64,000 nt of DNA from Solirubrobacteraceae bacterium (GCA_050696495.1 JBOGXY010000204.1:6796-70795), one strand, 5' to 3'. Positions 1 through 10,582 are shown, numbered from the stretch's first letter. The notes: a model not told the origin generated them from the sequence alone. A program made the numbers and translations.

Positions 1-2
1 TG

Positions 3-815
3 ATTCTGGTGGCGACGGTGCTGCCGCTGGCGGGCGGCGGGGTGTTGCTGGCGCTCTCGCTGATGATCGCTCCCCAGATCGTGGCACTGCTCGTGCTCAT
101 GGGGGCCATGCAAACCGACGCTCCATTGTTTGCCGCCCTTGACAGGCACTTGGCAAGGAGGATGATCGGCTATGGGGCGCGCGCGTACGTGATCACCCTG
201 CTCGCCTATCTGCTGATCCGGCTCGACCTGCTGCTGGTCAGCGCGATCCAGGGCGCCGGCGCCGCCGGTCAGTATTCGGTCGCGGTGGCATTCGCCGACG
301 CTCTCTACCTGCTTCCGCTAGCTGTTGGACTCAACCTCTTCGCGCGGGTGGCGAGAGGACATGCCGACCACGAGCTGAGCCTGGAGGTCTTCCACGTCAT
401 GACGATCGGCTTCGGGCTCGTATGTGTAGTCGCGGGCCTGCTGGCCGGCCCGGCGATCACACTCCTGTTCGGGCCGGCCTACCACCCCGCCATCGCCCTC
501 TTCCAATGGCTGCTTCCGGGGATCTACGCGCTCGGGCTGCTCAACGTGATCGCCTACTACTTCGCCGCGAAGGGGATGCCGTGGGAGCTGATCTTCGTGT
601 GGCTGGTGGGCCTTGCGATCAACCTCGCCATCAACCTGTCCCTACTTTCCAATCACGGCACGTACGTGGCTTCGATAGCTTCCTCGGTCGCCTATACGCT
701 CGTGCTCATCCTGCACATGCGCATGTTCGCCCGGGAACTTGGCGGCTGGTCGCGCTTGCGCCCAACAATGGCGGGCCTGACATCGACCATGCGGCTGGCC
801 CTGCGATTGGATTGA
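3..815 (+). CDS. Polysaccharide flippase (Wzx/MATE-like), 5'-truncated by window
   Basis: Many hydrophobic helices; motifs RLDLLLV...AAGQYSVA and NLAINLSLL...ASIASSVAY typical of Wzx C-terminal halves; frame open from base 3. Confidence 0.85.
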   Translation: MLVATVLPLAGGGVLLALSLMIAPQIVALLVLMGAMQTDAPLFAALDRHLARRMIGYGARAYVITLLAYLLIRLDLLLVSAIQGAGAAGQYSVAVAFADALYLLPLAVGLNLFARVARGHADHELSLEVFHVMTIGFGLVCVVAGLLAGPAITLLFGPAYHPAIALFQWLLPGIYALGLLNVIAYYFAAKGMPWELIFVWLVGLAINLAINLSLLSNHGTYVASIASSVAYTLVLILHMRMFARELGGWSRLRPTMAGLTSTMRLALRLD

Positions 816-829
816 GAGGCGGCGAGCTC

Positions 830-3004
830 TCAGGGCACGCTGTCGTGTCCAGGCTGCGCCACCTCGCTGGCGGAGCCCGACGCGATCGCCTCCAGCGCCG
901 CCAGCGCAACGCTCTGGGCCAGGTAGCCCGCCCGAGCTCCGGGCACGAAGCTGCCCTGCTCCCGGCAGGCCGCAAGCACCCCCGCCATCAGCGTGGCGTG
1001 ACCCTTGTCGCCCGCGCCCTTGTCGGTCGTGCGAGACCGGTCGCCGTCGAAGGAGGTGAGACGCTGGAAATCGTCGAGCACCCATCCATGCCCGCCGGCA
1101 AACACCTCGATGCGCTCCTTCGGCAGCGTTCCCGGGCCGAGCCCCGAATAACTGACACTGGCCACCGATCCCGTCTTGTAGCTAACGGTGACGCTCGCGC
1201 TCTGCACGGTGCGAACGCTTCCTGTCTCGCGCGCCGCGGCTCCGCTCACACGCAAGGGCTCGCCGCACAGCCAGTTGGCATAGTCGAAGAAGTGACAGGC
1301 CTCACCGAGAATACGGCCACCCCCGATGTCCGGATCGTTGAGCCAATGATCGGGGGCCAGTGGCGCGTTGACGCGGATCACCACCTGGCGTGGACCGCTG
1401 GTTTGATCGATCTCCTCGCGCAGCCGCCGAGACAGCGGCGCGAGCGTGCGGTTAAAGCCGATCGCCAAGGCCGCGCCGTCGCCACCGCCGGCTCGCCAGA
1501 CCTCGTCGATCTGCTCGCGGGTCAAGCCGAGCGGCTTCTCCAGGAACACCGCCTTACCAGCTTGCAGCGCCGCCGCCGCGATCTCTGCATGAGAGTCGTG
1601 ACGGGTGCCAATCACCACGAGATCCACGTCGTGGCGCTCGACCAGCTCGCGCCAGTCGGTGGTCGCTACGGCGTCGTCGCCGCCCGCGCGAGCTACGTCG
1701 GTGGCCACCGTGCCGCGCCGCGCGGCGACCGCCACGATGGGTGCGGCCCCGTCAGATCGTAGGTTCGGCAGGTGGGTAGCGCGCACGAACGATCCGGGCC
1801 CGACCAATCCGACGCGGACGATCTTTGAGTCGCCGGAGACCGTACGCCTGCGAGTCGGCCCCACTCGCACGGCGTCGGCTGCCTCAGGCAGTCTCTTAGA
1901 AGGGTCGGGGTAGAGCAGGACGGCCGCCAGCGGGGGCGGCTGGGAGCGCAGGGCGTCGTAGGCTTCGTCTGCCCTTTGCACCGGCAGCTCGATCCCAATC
2001 AACGGCTCGACTGCGACCTGCCCGGCGGCGAGCAGTCGCAGGAACTCCTCCATGTTGCGGTTCTCGGTCCAGCGCACGTAGGCCGGCGGATAGTCGATCC
2101 CCGCCTCCTCGTAGAGGGGGTCATAGCGTCCCGGACCGTAGGAGGTCGATATCAGCACGTCCGCCTCACGTGGGTAAAGCAGGTTTCGGTCGAGTTGCAG
2201 CCCGACGTCACCAACGGGTATGACGCGACCCTTGCGGCGAACCATCGCGATCGCATCGTTGACGATCGCGCTCGATGGACTTGCCGCTGTGACAATCGCC
2301 GTGTCGGCGCCGAGCTCGGTCCACTCCTTGACCGCCGCGAGCGCCTCCTCTGGGGAAGCTGCCCGCTCAGCACCGAGCCGCAGGCCAAGCTCGCGCCGGG
2401 TCGGGTCGGGCTCAACGCCCATGACAACGCAGCCGGCCGCACGCAGGATCTGAATCGTGAGCAGGCCGAGCAGCCCGAGACCGACGACCACGACCCGCTC
2501 GCCGAGTCCGGCCTCGGCGCGGCGCACCCCCTGCATGGCGATCGCTCCGAGCGTGGCGAACGCAGCGTCGCGAAGCGCGACCCCCTCCGGAACCCCGGCG
2601 ACGAGATTGCCCGGTACCGAGACGATCTCGGCATGGTTGGCGCAGCCCGCCCCCGCGCAGGCGACCGCCTGTCCAACTGTGAAATCCCCGAGACCGCCCG
2701 TGTCCAGCACCACACCGGCGCATGCATAGCCAAGCACCGTGTCGTCGGAGACCGCGTTCCTGACCAGCTCGACCGTGTCGCGTATGCCGTGCTCGCGCGC
2801 GTGGCGCAGCGTCAGCCGTACCAGGTCGGGGTTGCGCACGGCCCGCACCGGCAGCGAGCCTCCGCCCGCCGAGAGGGAGGCACGCTCGGTGCCGCTTGAG
2901 ATCACCGAGGCGGCGTTGGCCACGAGCAAGCGGCCGGGCTGTGGCGAGGGCGCCGGGACCTCGGCCACCAGCGGCTGGCCGTTGCGCAGGACCACTTGCT
3001 TCAC
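830..3004 (-). CDS. Bi-domain oxidoreductase (Zn-ADH-like MDR + Gfo/Idh/MocA)
   Basis: ISSGTE, LGYACAG, GLGLLG, SYGPGRYD...YVRWTENRN in the N-half; GLVGPG, FLEKP, GGRILGEACHFFD in the C-half. Confidence 0.9.
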   Translation of the reverse strand: MKQVVLRNGQPLVAEVPAPSPQPGRLLVANAASVISSGTERASLSAGGGSLPVRAVRNPDLVRLTLRHAREHGIRDTVELVRNAVSDDTVLGYACAGVVLDTGGLGDFTVGQAVACAGAGCANHAEIVSVPGNLVAGVPEGVALRDAAFATLGAIAMQGVRRAEAGLGERVVVVGLGLLGLLTIQILRAAGCVVMGVEPDPTRRELGLRLGAERAASPEEALAAVKEWTELGADTAIVTAASPSSAIVNDAIAMVRRKGRVIPVGDVGLQLDRNLLYPREADVLISTSYGPGRYDPLYEEAGIDYPPAYVRWTENRNMEEFLRLLAAGQVAVEPLIGIELPVQRADEAYDALRSQPPPLAAVLLYPDPSKRLPEAADAVRVGPTRRRTVSGDSKIVRVGLVGPGSFVRATHLPNLRSDGAAPIVAVAARRGTVATDVARAGGDDAVATTDWRELVERHDVDLVVIGTRHDSHAEIAAAALQAGKAVFLEKPLGLTREQIDEVWRAGGGDGAALAIGFNRTLAPLSRRLREEIDQTSGPRQVVIRVNAPLAPDHWLNDPDIGGGRILGEACHFFDYANWLCGEPLRVSGAAARETGSVRTVQSASVTVSYKTGSVASVSYSGLGPGTLPKERIEVFAGGHGWVLDDFQRLTSFDGDRSRTTDKGAGDKGHATLMAGVLAACREQGSFVPGARAGYLAQSVALAALEAIASGSASEVAQPGHDSVP

Positions 3005-3130
3005 GGTCTGCTGGGAGCGGGGAGGGGCATCGGCCCAGGCAAGCTATCAGCGCCCACTTCACATACGCGAACCGAGAGTCAGGCGCGCCGCCTCACCGAG
3101 CGCAAACGCTCTCTTATGATGTCGGTCCGC

Positions 3131-4297
3131 ATGGGCACCTCGCGCAAGGTCCTCTCGGTGGTCGGCACGAGACCCAACATCATGAAGATCGCGCCGATCG
3201 TCGCCGTGCTCGGTCGGCGCCCGGACGAGTTCGAACACGTGCTCGTTCACACAGGCCAGCATTACGACGCGGCCATGTCAGCGGTCTTCTTCGATCAGCT
3301 CGGAGTCGGTGAGCCCGAGCATCGCCTCGAGGTTGGCTCGGGCTCGCACGCCGAGCAGACCGCGCGCGTGATGGAGCGCCTGGAGCCGGTGTTGTTGGCC
3401 GAGCGACCCGATGTCGTGCTTGTACCCGGAGATGTCAACTCGACCCTGGCGGCGACGCTGGTAGCAGTCAAGCTCGGCGTCACGGTCGGGCACGTCGAGG
3501 CCGGGCTGCGCTCCTTTGACCGCACGATGCCCGAGGAGACCAATCGCGTCATCACCGACGCGGTGTCGGAGATCCTCTTCATCCATTCCCCTGAGGCCCA
3601 ACAAAACCTGCTGAGCGAGGGCCGCGAGGCGGGGGCGATCCACTACGTCGGCAATACGATGATCGACACGCTCGTGGCGATGCGCGAGCGGATCGACGCG
3701 CTTGAGACGTACGCACGCTACGGTCTCGGCGCCGGCGACTATCTGGTGGTGACGCTGCACCGGCCAGCGCTTGTCGACGGCCCGTTGCTGGGCCTCGCCG
3801 CACACGCGCTGCGGGACCTCGCGCGCGAGATCCCGGTCGTCTTCCCCGTCCATCCGCGCACGCGCGCCCGGCTGGCCGAGGAGGATCCGGCACTCGCCGA
3901 CGCCCCGGGGATGACGTTGCTCGAGCCGATCGGATATCTCGAGTTCCTCGGCTTGATCGCCCGCTCCGCCGGGGTGCTGACCGACTCGGGGGGGATCCAG
4001 GAGGAGACGACCTTCCTGGGCGTGCCATGCCTGACTTTGCGCGAGAACACCGAGCGCCCTGTCACCGTGAGTATGGGGACAAACATGCTGCTGGGACTCG
4101 AGCCCAATCGCATTCACGAGGCGCGAGAGCTGCTTGAGAGCGTGCGCGCCCGACCCAACCAGGTGCCCCCCCTGTGGGACGGCCATGCCTCCGAGCGGAT
4201 CGTCGACGTGCTTGCAAGCGGCGGACAGGCTCAGCCACCGGCAACGACCTCGTCGAGCAGCTCCGCCATCGATCCCGCCAGCGCGCGGCGGCTGTAG
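3131..4297 (+). CDS. wecB: UDP-N-acetylglucosamine 2-epimerase (non-hydrolysing)
   Basis: VVGTRPNIMK, HTGQHYD, HVEAGLRSFD, PEETNR, TDSGGIQEE, TERP; start placed at ATG 3131. Confidence 0.93.
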   Translation: MGTSRKVLSVVGTRPNIMKIAPIVAVLGRRPDEFEHVLVHTGQHYDAAMSAVFFDQLGVGEPEHRLEVGSGSHAEQTARVMERLEPVLLAERPDVVLVPGDVNSTLAATLVAVKLGVTVGHVEAGLRSFDRTMPEETNRVITDAVSEILFIHSPEAQQNLLSEGREAGAIHYVGNTMIDTLVAMRERIDALETYARYGLGAGDYLVVTLHRPALVDGPLLGLAAHALRDLAREIPVVFPVHPRTRARLAEEDPALADAPGMTLLEPIGYLEFLGLIARSAGVLTDSGGIQEETTFLGVPCLTLRENTERPVTVSMGTNMLLGLEPNRIHEARELLESVRARPNQVPPLWDGHASERIVDVLASGGQAQPPATTSSSSSAIDPASARRL

Positions 4298-5451
4298 GGC
4301 TTCAACAGCTCGGGTGGTGGCAAGGAACCCGTTCGATCGCGCAGGCGCAGGAGCGCTCCGACGATCGACTCGGGCTGCTCCAGACGAGCACACAGATCGC
4401 CGACCCCAAGACGACGCAGCAGTGCCTCGGTGGCGCCCCCATCGGTCACGCACACCACCGGCCTGCCGAGAGCTAGGTACTCGAATACCTTGCTCGCGAT
4501 CGCAGTCTCATCGCCCGCCTCGCGCGCCTGAGCGATCAGGCAGGCATCGGCAGCCGCGATACGAGCTACGGCCTGCTCCCATGGCGACGGTGCCAGCACC
4601 GCGACGGCCGGTCCGTGCTCGCGCCGCGCCTGATCGATCTCGGCTCGCGTAGCCGGCGAGAGGTATCCGTGCAGAACCAGGCGAAAACTGCCCGCCACGC
4701 GCGGATCGCGAAGCGCCTTCAGCAGCGGCGCGATCGGCCGCGCTGGAGTCAGCGTGCCGGAATGCAGCAGCGTCAGTGGCCGTGATGAGGACTCCTTACT
4801 CTGGGCTTCTATCCCATCCGCCCGTGCCAGGGAAAGCACTTGGGGGTCGAAGCCGTTGGAGATCTCAACCACCCGCTCCGCCAGCTCGGGATGGCGCGCA
4901 CGCAGGTCGGCCACCGCCTCGGGCGTGCAGGCGACCACGCGCCGCGCTCGGCCCAACATCCAAGACTCGACCGCCCCGAGCAGCCTCCCGCCGGCGTCGA
5001 AAGCGGGGCTGCCCGCCCACAGGTCACGCAACTCGACGATCAGCGGCACGGCATCCGGCACGCCAAGCCGAGCCGCCAGCGGCCCAGCTATTGGCGGGCC
5101 GGTCGCGAGCACCGCGTCGGGCGGTCGCTCCTTTACTCCTCGACGCACGAGCCGAGCACCGCGCGGGACCCAGAGCATCGACAGGGGCAGCGCGTCCGGG
5201 CGCACCCCGGCGAGCCTGAAGGCCGGAACGCTCAGCCGCGCCAGCCTCGCGGTCATCCCCGCGCGCGCCGCCACCGCTCTCGCCGCTCTCGCGTCGAACT
5301 CGGAGGCGCCGGGACGCTCGGCGGCGCAGAGAACGTCAAGCTCCCAGCCGTGCTCGGGCAGATAGCGGGAGAACGCCCGCCAGCGCGCGGCGGGACCGCC
5401 GTCCTGCTCGATCGAGCGGTGGGTCACGAGGAGCAGGCGCCGCACGCTCAT
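4231..5451 (-). CDS. Glycosyltransferase family 4
   Basis: ELRDLW, ISNGFD, LLHSGTL, SKVFEYLALGRPV. Confidence 0.88.
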   Translation of the reverse strand: MSVRRLLLVTHRSIEQDGGPAARWRAFSRYLPEHGWELDVLCAAERPGASEFDARAARAVAARAGMTARLARLSVPAFRLAGVRPDALPLSMLWVPRGARLVRRGVKERPPDAVLATGPPIAGPLAARLGVPDAVPLIVELRDLWAGSPAFDAGGRLLGAVESWMLGRARRVVACTPEAVADLRARHPELAERVVEISNGFDPQVLSLARADGIEAQSKESSSRPLTLLHSGTLTPARPIAPLLKALRDPRVAGSFRLVLHGYLSPATRAEIDQARREHGPAVAVLAPSPWEQAVARIAAADACLIAQAREAGDETAIASKVFEYLALGRPVVCVTDGGATEALLRRLGVGDLCARLEQPESIVGALLRLRDRTGSLPPPELLKPYSRRALAGSMAELLDEVVAGG

Positions 5452-5465
5452 ATAGTTCCACGCCG

Positions 5466-7103
5466 ATGATCCTCACCGTCGACCTCACGTTCAACGGGCT
5501 GGCGATTCCGGCGAACGAAGAGGAACGGGTCGTCACGCTGAGGGAGCTGGTCGAAACGGCTGGCGATCGCTCTCGCCTGTGGAGGCTGCTGCGCGGCCAA
5601 GGCTATGACGACGTGTTCGTGCTGCGCGACGAGCGGGCGCTCAACGGCGCTCAGGCGGTCGCACTGCTGCTCGCGAGCCTCAGCCGTGTCCGCCGCTTCG
5701 AGGTGCGCTCCCCAAGCCGGTCGCGCAGCTTCCGGCCGAGCGCCTTCCGTGTGCGCGCAGCACTCACTGTGGCCGTGGCGCTACCGCTCGAGATCGTACG
5801 CAGCATCCGCTGCTATCGGCTCGCCCGCCATGTGAGCGCCAAGGCGTTCTCGCTGCGACCCCGCACCGTGAGCTCGCCGCGACGGGTGACCTATATACGC
5901 GCCGAGCCCTCGCTACGCTGGCTTGGCGCCCAGGTGGGCGGTGCCGCCACGCACACGGCGGGGGTCGTCAACGGGCTGAGCGCCGCTGGCCTGGAGGTGA
6001 GCGTGTTCGCACCCGAGCGGCCTGCGGGGATGCGCGGCGGGCGCTGCGTGGCGGTCGCGCCAAAGCACCTGCTTCAGCTCGCGCGCTGGCTTACGCTCGT
6101 CGGCTACAGCTCGCGGCTCATAGCCGCAGCCGCGTCCACCCCCACCGACTTCGTCTATCAGCGCTATGCGCTGGGCTCGTATGCCGGGCTCGAGCTGGCT
6201 CGCCGTCTCGACGTGCCGCTGGTGCTCGAGTTCAACGGCTCGGAGATCTGGACCGAGCGCCACTGGGGCAGCGGGAGGGTGCCGATGGGCGGGACGCTCG
6301 CCGCCTTGGAGTTGCGCAACCTGCGCGAGGCATCGCTGATCGTCGTCGTCTCCCAACCGCTGAAGGACCAGCTCCTCGAGCAGGGCATCGAGTCCGAGCG
6401 CGTGCTTGTCAACCCCAACGGCGTCGACATCGGCGAGTTGGCGACGGCGCGGTCGCACCCACCCGCCCACTGGCGCTCACTCGCCGAGCTGCCGCAGGCG
6501 CCGACGGTGGGCTTCGTGGGCACGTTCGGCCTGTGGCATGGAGTCAAGCTGCTACCGGAGTTGATCGAGCAGGTCGCCCGCTCGCGCCCCGATGCTCGCT
6601 GGGTGCTCGTTGGCGGCGGTCCTCTGCACGCCGAGGTCGTCTCCGAGATCGACCGGCGGGGCCTGTCGGAGCTCGCGCATCTCAGCGGCGTGATCCCCCA
6701 TCCGCGCGCCGTTGAGCTGCTGGCCTGCTGTGACCTCTTCGTCTCTCCGCACGTCCCGAACCCCGACGGGAGTCCCTTCTTCGGTTCGCCGACGAAGCTG
6801 TTCGAATACATGGGACTTGGCGGCGCGATCGTAGCCTCCGACCTCGACCAGATCGGCGAGGTGCTGCAGGACGGTGAGACGGCCCTGCTCACACCTCCGG
6901 GAGACGTGCCGGTTACCGCTCGCGCGGTGCTGCGCCTGCTAGGCGACGAGGAGCTGCGGTCGCGTCTCGGAGCAGCCGCCTTGCGCGAAGCGACAGAACG
7001 CTACAGCTGGGACGAGCATGTACAGAGAATCCTGCAAGCGCTGGCGAGCGGACCCGACACGGTACTCCCAGAGGCTTGGGTGCAGGCCGGCAGGATCTCA
7101 TGA
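5466..7103 (+). CDS. Glycosyltransferase family 4 with N-terminal extension
   Basis: VLEFNGSE, NPNGVD, GFVGTFGLWHG, FFGSPTKLFEYMGLG. Confidence 0.88.
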   Translation: MILTVDLTFNGLAIPANEEERVVTLRELVETAGDRSRLWRLLRGQGYDDVFVLRDERALNGAQAVALLLASLSRVRRFEVRSPSRSRSFRPSAFRVRAALTVAVALPLEIVRSIRCYRLARHVSAKAFSLRPRTVSSPRRVTYIRAEPSLRWLGAQVGGAATHTAGVVNGLSAAGLEVSVFAPERPAGMRGGRCVAVAPKHLLQLARWLTLVGYSSRLIAAAASTPTDFVYQRYALGSYAGLELARRLDVPLVLEFNGSEIWTERHWGSGRVPMGGTLAALELRNLREASLIVVVSQPLKDQLLEQGIESERVLVNPNGVDIGELATARSHPPAHWRSLAELPQAPTVGFVGTFGLWHGVKLLPELIEQVARSRPDARWVLVGGGPLHAEVVSEIDRRGLSELAHLSGVIPHPRAVELLACCDLFVSPHVPNPDGSPFFGSPTKLFEYMGLGGAIVASDLDQIGEVLQDGETALLTPPGDVPVTARAVLRLLGDEELRSRLGAAALREATERYSWDEHVQRILQALASGPDTVLPEAWVQAGRIS

Positions 7104-7399
7104 AGGTCAAGCTCGACAGTTGAGCCACACACCGCACGGAGGAGGACCCATCGGAGATCGACGCTTCCCGATTGCGCGCGCTATGACTGGTACATCGAGT
7201 GTCCGATCGTGGGGGCCGCCCGGCTGAACGCCAGGGCGATCGCTTCCCGGCTCGGCAGGTAACGGTTAATCAGCTTCGAACAGGGCTCGATCGCGGCTTT
7301 CAAGCGACCTAGGCGTCGACCGTCGCCGCTCTGACGCGATCGTCTTCAGCTACGTCGCCTACTTCGGCTATGAGATAATCGCCTTCCGCGCCAGGGGCC

Positions 7400-7730
7400 A
7401 CGGGATCATCGTCGTTTGCGTTCTGGCTGCCAATGGAACCGAATGCCTGGACGTTCGGGCGAATTCGTCCGTTCATGGCTGGTTTTACCGCTTCGTGGTC
7501 GACTGCTTACTGAAAGAACTCTGGGCGTATCTGGTTGCCGAATGCCACGAACTCGAACGTGCCCCTACGGGATCGACAGGCCACCAGCGGTGCCGTGAGC
7601 AAGAGTCGTTTCGACGCAAGAGGCCCAATCCCGACTGGTCGGACCAAGATGGACACCAAGAAGAACGTCCTCGTCAGGAAGAAGGGTGGTCCCCTCGCGG
7701 CGGTGATTGCGGGTGCCAACGTGCATAGCA
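7400..7730 (+). pseudogene. Degraded IS5-family transposase fragment
   Basis: Three successive frames read LRSGCQWNRMP / SSVHGWFYRF..LKELWAYLVAECHEL / GPIPTGRTKMDTKKNVLV..GGPLAAVIAGANVH. These resemble IS5 motifs (RSGCQW, GPNPTDRxKxGTK, GxPLxxxxxGANxHD); the fragment is frameshifted and truncated. Confidence 0.8.
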
Positions 7731-7864
7731 TAGGGCAGCGCAGGCAAGTAACGTGCAAGGCAGCGCAAACCAGCACACGGCCTGGCAGAGGGCGTAGGCG
7801 GCGACCGGTGGCGTAACCATGGCGCCGACGGTGCCCGCAACATGCCGCTTTCTCCTAGCTTTAC

Positions 7865-10258
7865 TCAGAGATGGTTTTCTTCCCACGTGGAGCCGTTCGA
7901 ATACCGCTCTGTGAGCCCACCGGTGTTTTTATCCGCGAAATACACCGCCATAGATTCGTGTGTGCCTTCTATCCATCGCACCGCAGTCGGACTGCTGCCA
8001 GCCGCCACTTCGTCCGTGCTATACACGAAGTTTTCCCATTTCCCGATCAACGCGTTGAAATACCACAAAGCTACGTGGTGAGTTTTGGCATCGACATAGT
8101 ACACCCAATCGTATCCCTTGCCGCTCCATTCACCATGAATAGCCGTAGGACTGCTACCCGCAGCAACTTCGCCGCCAAGATGACCGCTTTCCCAACTCCC
8201 AGTCCCCCCGTTAAACAGTCGGTAGGCAATGTGATTTGTCTTTGCGGTGACGTAATACGTCCAATCGTATTCCTTGCCGCCCGCTTCGGCGCGCACGGAG
8301 GCAGGGCTCGTACCCGACGCGGTCTGTTCGCCAGGATATTCGTCTTCCCATTTTTCGCTCCCCGGGTTCCAGTACGAGTATGCGATGCCACCGGTACTCT
8401 TACTGCCGAAGTACACCCATAGGGCTTCCGTGGCGCCTTCTGTCTCTCGTATGACCGCCGGGCTGAAACCGGTCGCCACTTCTTCCTTGCCTACAACGGC
8501 CTGTTCCCATTTCCCGGTCAATCCGTTGAAATACAAATCGGCGATATGATTCGTTTTGGAATCGACGTAGAACACCCAGTCGAATTCTTTGCCCCACAAT
8601 TCAGTGCGTATAGTCGTAGGACTGCTACCCGCAGCAACTTCGCCGCCAAGATGGTTTTCTTCCCACGTGGAGCCATTTTTCAGCTCCCACATCACCATCG
8701 CTCCTTCTTTTCCTCGGAAGTAGACCGTTTGTGTTCTCGTGACCGGGTCCAATTCTGCCCAGGATGGGTTCGCTCTCTTTGTGGATGTGGTGAACGTCTG
8801 ATCGACACCGTAGCTAGGTCCGCCTACGTTATAAGCGACGAGCCGACAATGATATGTCGTACCCGATTCCAGGTTGGAAACGCCGGAACTGACAGGGACC
8901 ACACTTGTGCCCGAGCCAGCGTCAGCTTCACCCGTCGATGAACCGTAGGATGCGCTTGTCCCGTATTGAAAGTAGTAGTGTGTATCCTGACCGTTCGGGT
9001 TGACCGAGCCGTTCAGCCGGACCTGTGTGCCGGTGATTTCGGTTGCTGGCAAAGTCGTTACGCTCGGTGCGGGCCGCGGCGTGTATTCGGTCCGCATACT
9101 GAGATTTGAGACTGCACCGCCCGCCTCGGTGAATTCACGCCAGGCCTCAGTGCCATTCTCAACGCTGACCAACGCCCAGTCCGCTGGTTTGGACGACGGT
9201 TTCACACCGCATGTCGCTTCTACCGCAGCTATCGCGGCCCTAAAATTGGCTTCCGTTATGCCGGCTTCGAAGTGGCTCCAACTTTCCCCGTGCGGAAAGA
9301 CAAAAGTGCTGGCAGAGCCCGGATAAAGAGTGGCCCATTTGGTGCCAGCATAGAAGAAGGTGGTAAGCGAATCGAACGGATGACTCCCCCAACTTTTGCA
9401 TTCGCTGACTTTCTCTTCGCTCGAAGCAGGTTCTGGATTGTAGGGTCCACGCCAAGTCTCTATGCAGTACTCGACGACCGCCCCGGTAGTCGAATCCTGG
9501 AACTCAGGGCAAAGAAAGCCCCAAGCTCCTGCATTTTTTGTGGTCCAGCCAAACGTCCACGCTCGCACGTTATCCGACACTACAAATGTAGGTTCCCCGG
9601 TGGTACTGCTCCATGGCCTGTCGTTGAGACCCTGGTCGTGAAATGATACGGCATGCATGATGCTGCACTGGTAGTAACATCTGCTTTCTGGGGCGTTGCT
9701 GCGCAGCTCACCGGCCCAAGCGTGTCCTTCGGCCACGCACGTGTTCTGGTGACCATCGCTCTCTTGATAACTGCTGTACGGCTGCGGTGTGACGAGTCCG
9801 GTGTATTTGCTCTGATCGCTCGCTTCAGGCTGATCGATGTAACCGCCGATGCCATAGTAGTCGCAGTAGTCGCCGCTTGGGCTGAGTTCGGGAGTTTCGG
9901 CGCCGGCATAATTGATGAAGTCCACGAGGTGAGCAAAACCCGGCGTGTGACCGCCTGGCGCCGACAGGAACCCAGGGCCTACCTGATCGCATGCAGCAGA
10001 TTCAGCGCCGACGGCACCCGTCTGCCAGCAGTTTTCGGTAGTTCCTTGAGGCCAGTACCACTTGATTTCACTACGTGCTTGCGCTGCACCAGCCAGCAGG
10101 CCCCCGACGAGTAGCCAGACTGCAACGAGGCCACAACACCTTTTCAGACACCGCCAAGTGCCCAGGGCGACGTCGAGCACACCTGCGGTGCTCAGGTTGG
10201 CTCCTTGACGACCGAAACCGTCAGTCCGGCCAGACCGGTACGCGACATTCTCGCTCAT
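7865..10258 (-). CDS. Secreted modular protein: Cys/Trp-rich N-domain + FN3-like domain + about 6 repeats of ~50 aa (beta-propeller, lectin-like)
   Basis: Signal peptide ending AAQA; PSVTTLPATEITGT..LNGSVNPNG..YYFQYGT..TTYHCRLVAYN FN3-like segment; repeats W-E-x(3-4)-GxEVAAGSSP...WVYY/F. Confidence 0.8.
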   Translation of the reverse strand: MSENVAYRSGRTDGFGRQGANLSTAGVLDVALGTWRCLKRCCGLVAVWLLVGGLLAGAAQARSEIKWYWPQGTTENCWQTGAVGAESAACDQVGPGFLSAPGGHTPGFAHLVDFINYAGAETPELSPSGDYCDYYGIGGYIDQPEASDQSKYTGLVTPQPYSSYQESDGHQNTCVAEGHAWAGELRSNAPESRCYYQCSIMHAVSFHDQGLNDRPWSSTTGEPTFVVSDNVRAWTFGWTTKNAGAWGFLCPEFQDSTTGAVVEYCIETWRGPYNPEPASSEEKVSECKSWGSHPFDSLTTFFYAGTKWATLYPGSASTFVFPHGESWSHFEAGITEANFRAAIAAVEATCGVKPSSKPADWALVSVENGTEAWREFTEAGGAVSNLSMRTEYTPRPAPSVTTLPATEITGTQVRLNGSVNPNGQDTHYYFQYGTSASYGSSTGEADAGSGTSVVPVSSGVSNLESGTTYHCRLVAYNVGGPSYGVDQTFTTSTKRANPSWAELDPVTRTQTVYFRGKEGAMVMWELKNGSTWEENHLGGEVAAGSSPTTIRTELWGKEFDWVFYVDSKTNHIADLYFNGLTGKWEQAVVGKEEVATGFSPAVIRETEGATEALWVYFGSKSTGGIAYSYWNPGSEKWEDEYPGEQTASGTSPASVRAEAGGKEYDWTYYVTAKTNHIAYRLFNGGTGSWESGHLGGEVAAGSSPTAIHGEWSGKGYDWVYYVDAKTHHVALWYFNALIGKWENFVYSTDEVAAGSSPTAVRWIEGTHESMAVYFADKNTGGLTERYSNGSTWEENHL
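7869..8674. repeat. Identical intragenic direct repeats: 26 bp at 7869-7894 and 8649-8674; 39 bp at 8144-8182 and 8615-8653
   Basis: AGATGGTTTTCTTCCCACGTGGAGCC twice; CGTAGGACTGCTACCCGCAGCAACTTCGCCGCCAAGATG twice. Confidence 0.9.
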
Positions 10259-10582
10259 GATCCCCCCAAAGTGGTTCCAGGCTGAGCAGCCTCGCTCTCA
10301 GATGTGGGTGAGCCTATGTCGGAGTCTGAGCCACCGTCAAGCTGGCATATCTAAACTTGCGCGGCCGCTCTGAGTGTGAGTCATACAAAGGTTGGATGTA
10401 GGGGGTTGCTGTGAATCGGCGGTTGCCTGCTCTAGAGCTCGAAGCCGGTCGGACGCGTGAGGAGCGTCTAGAAGATGCGAGGAAAACGCGACTGCGGCGG
10501 CACTCAAGAGATCGTATGTACGCGGCGCGTGACACATATGGATCGAAGGATGTCGCTGTGGAATGGTTAAACGTAACCCGAT

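Noticed and set aside
7104..7400. Possible gene remnant left of the IS5 relic
   Set aside because: No recognisable motif or terminal inverted repeat could be identified
7869..8674. Diversity-generating retroelement TR/VR pair in the lectin-like gene
   Set aside because: Repeats are short, identical and intragenic, show no adenine-specific mismatches, and there is no reverse transcriptase in the window
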